A stretch of DNA of 64,000 bases, taken from positions 86,874 to 150,873 of the forward strand of contig CALSCP010000904.1 of the NCBI GenBank assembly GCA_943704425.1, written 5' to 3'. Positions 62,125 through 64,000 of this stretch are shown here, piece after piece. The translations under genes and the position numbers were made by a program. The DNA is from Ministeria vibrans ATCC 50519. Its lineage: Eukaryota > Protista > Filasterea. Every line of letters starts with the position of its first letter. The first letter of the stretch is position 1. The notes under the pieces are model-generated. The model did no database searches. It had not been told where the DNA came from and saw nothing but the letters and a program-made list of their open reading frames with translations.

Positions 62125-63680
62125 TCATGGAGGAATCGGCTTAGGAATATAGCCAATGGAGAACAGCGTCGGGAATATCGCCGGTGCTGTACAGCGTGAT
62201 GTTGCGGATGGCGCTCTGTTCGGTGGGTCGGTGCAATGATAAATCATTTTGGATGTCGCCTTAGCCATCAATGAACCGAGAGTCGACCAGTGTTTGCCAC
62301 CAAACGCATCCGAATTGAGAAACAAAGCCACGCGGGTGTTCCATGGCATACGACAATAGTCACATCCATACGCGACGTAGACGTTGAGGAGCCTCGTGAG
62401 GGCCATGTCGTTGGTGCTGTGGTACACCTGCTTCATGGCGGCCAGCACGCACAGCCCTTGCTCGTCATGGTCACTCAGGGCCGTGCCGTTGGGCTCACTC
62501 GCACCTCTCATATGAAAGCAGTGAAGCTGGAACATACATGCAATCCCAACCAAAACATCAGGCGACACCTCGTTAGAGTAGCAAACACCACGAATAATGG
62601 TTTTGGATTCAGGTGCGTGATGTTTTGAGGTGGCGGCGAAAGTGGCGGCGGAAGCGTTCTGTGATGCAATCAGAGGTTGTACGCGCCATAGGCGTCACGC
62701 AAAGTAGCAGCCGTTCCCTTGATCACGTCGCCGAGGATACGCACGGACAGACAACAGGCCTTGACGGTCAAATCTCGGCAAATGCGAGAGGACGTGCGGT
62801 CGGCGTGTGAGTGCTCATCGGCGTCGTCAGCAGTGTCAACCGCATGTTGCACACTGTCAGTGTAATTACGATAAGCAAACTCGTGCAATGGTTGTGGGTT
62901 CCAGCGCACGAGTGTATAGCGGTCTGGTGTGGTAGTGTCGTTGTTATCGTACAGAAGAGCGCAGTTCATAGGTCGCAAATCAGCCCCTTTTGCTAAGCGG
63001 AAGCAGAAGAAGCCTGTGCGCTTCATGGGCCCGTCTTCTTTCACGACGTTGCGCGTCGACAATCCCGTTGAGCTGTTGTAGAAGAAGGGTGAGTGAAGGT
63101 GCTCGGCTGGGTCGTAGTCAGGGTCAGGCGGAAGAGACTCCGCTGGACACCATGTGACTCGTTTGTCCTCGTGCAAGGGAGCGCTGTACGGTTCTTGCAC
63201 AGTGGGGTGCGATGCGAATAGGGACATGCCGCGAGGCGTTTCGATGGAGTACTTCGTCGGTCGTTGGCTGGGAATTCTGTGGACGCGGTTCTCGAGAACA
63301 AACGCCGTCGTGTCCCAAGAGCCCTCGGCTTCCGCGCCACAGAAACTGAAACATCGTATCTCCGAATCATCGGATTGACTTCGTTTGGTGTGACGGCGCG
63401 ATACAAGTCGCATGGGACCTGCACAAACACCTCGTATGCACACACGATGCGCAACCGGTCTAAGTGCTCGTCGGGGGATGCCTCAAACCAAAACCAGGCA
63501 GCATCGGGTTCATCACGAGCGGCACAGTAGAACAGAGTTGCATGAGCGTGATGTGTCAGAGGTATATCGCGAATGAGAGTCGCCGCTTGGTCTGTCTCGA
63601 CGGACGACGATACTACCTCGGCAGTGGAAAGGCATACCAGTACCAGTACGTTTCGGATCACGTTTTCTGCTGAGAAAGTT
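62125..63680 (-). CDS. Uncharacterised multi-exon protein with a central Tse2-like ADP-ribosyltransferase pattern; 5' end probably beyond the window
   Basis: Long successive ORFs (63041-63883, 62670-63443, 62125-62568); the first two can be joined by a plausible GT-AG intron. Pattern PRGMSLF...FCFRLAKGADL...ALLYD...DRYTLV. Confidence 0.45.
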
Positions 63681-63886
63681 GTGAAGTAGTTTGTCGAACA
63701 GACTAACACAAACAATAGCCTGACTCCGAACAGATGACCAATGTTAGATGCCGCCCACGCCACATACGCCCAACCCCACAAATAAACACACACATACATC
63801 CTCCGAACACCATTGAGGCGTACGGCACGCGGAAAAGAGACGGCGAGCGACCGCTTTTTTCCTACCCACGCAGACCTCCACAAAGG

Positions 63887-63943
<57 letters not shown>

Positions 63944-64000
63944 TACATACATACATACAACTTGGACGTACGCGAAGAGCCGTAAGCAATTCAAGGAAAA

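Overview
Gene-dense, intron-rich nuclear DNA of a eukaryotic microbe. Introns are GT-AG and packed with (CT)n, (CA)n and (TAA)n microsatellites. TCTEX1D2, PXK, BORCS8 and a PTTG1IP-like gene sit alongside Brl1/Brr6 and riboflavin synthesis, which suggests a flagellated non-animal opisthokont or close relative (inference). About 25 genes are recognisable: ACO2, CWC25, type I asparaginase, Brl1/Brr6, PXK, ALG6, RFC5, POLR1B fragment, TCTEX1D2, CNOT6/CCR4, OSTC, CIAO1, PTTG1IP-like, BORCS8, ATP6V0E, GMPPB, a SAP-domain membrane protein, an LRR-EGF receptor kinase, a RibA-RibD_C fusion, KLHDC4, SUCLG2, PRKCSH, FNTA, UBE2D, eIF4B and PI4KB. Many are head-to-head pairs. Main oddities: (1) PXK is split, with exon 1 at 20206-20301 separated from its body by a block holding ALG6 5' half, RFC5 and POLR1B 3' end; KLHDC4 and SUCLG2 are also both headless across a GA repeat. 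Misassembly is the most likely cause but is untested. (2) A 3-kb accessory block has (CCCTAA)n-headed tandem units joined to a decayed RNase H-bearing non-LTR retroelement, plus a poly(A) insertion with a TSD whose empty site is preserved next door. (3) A family of 5'-truncated LINE 3' ends with TTC tails, one with a 13-bp TSD just upstream of PI4KB. (4) A dispersed intronic minisatellite, GAAACAAAGTGATAGAGA. (5) An orphan gene with a Tse2-like ADP-ribosyltransferase pattern. Exon boundaries were read by eye and family calls come from remembered motifs, not database searches.
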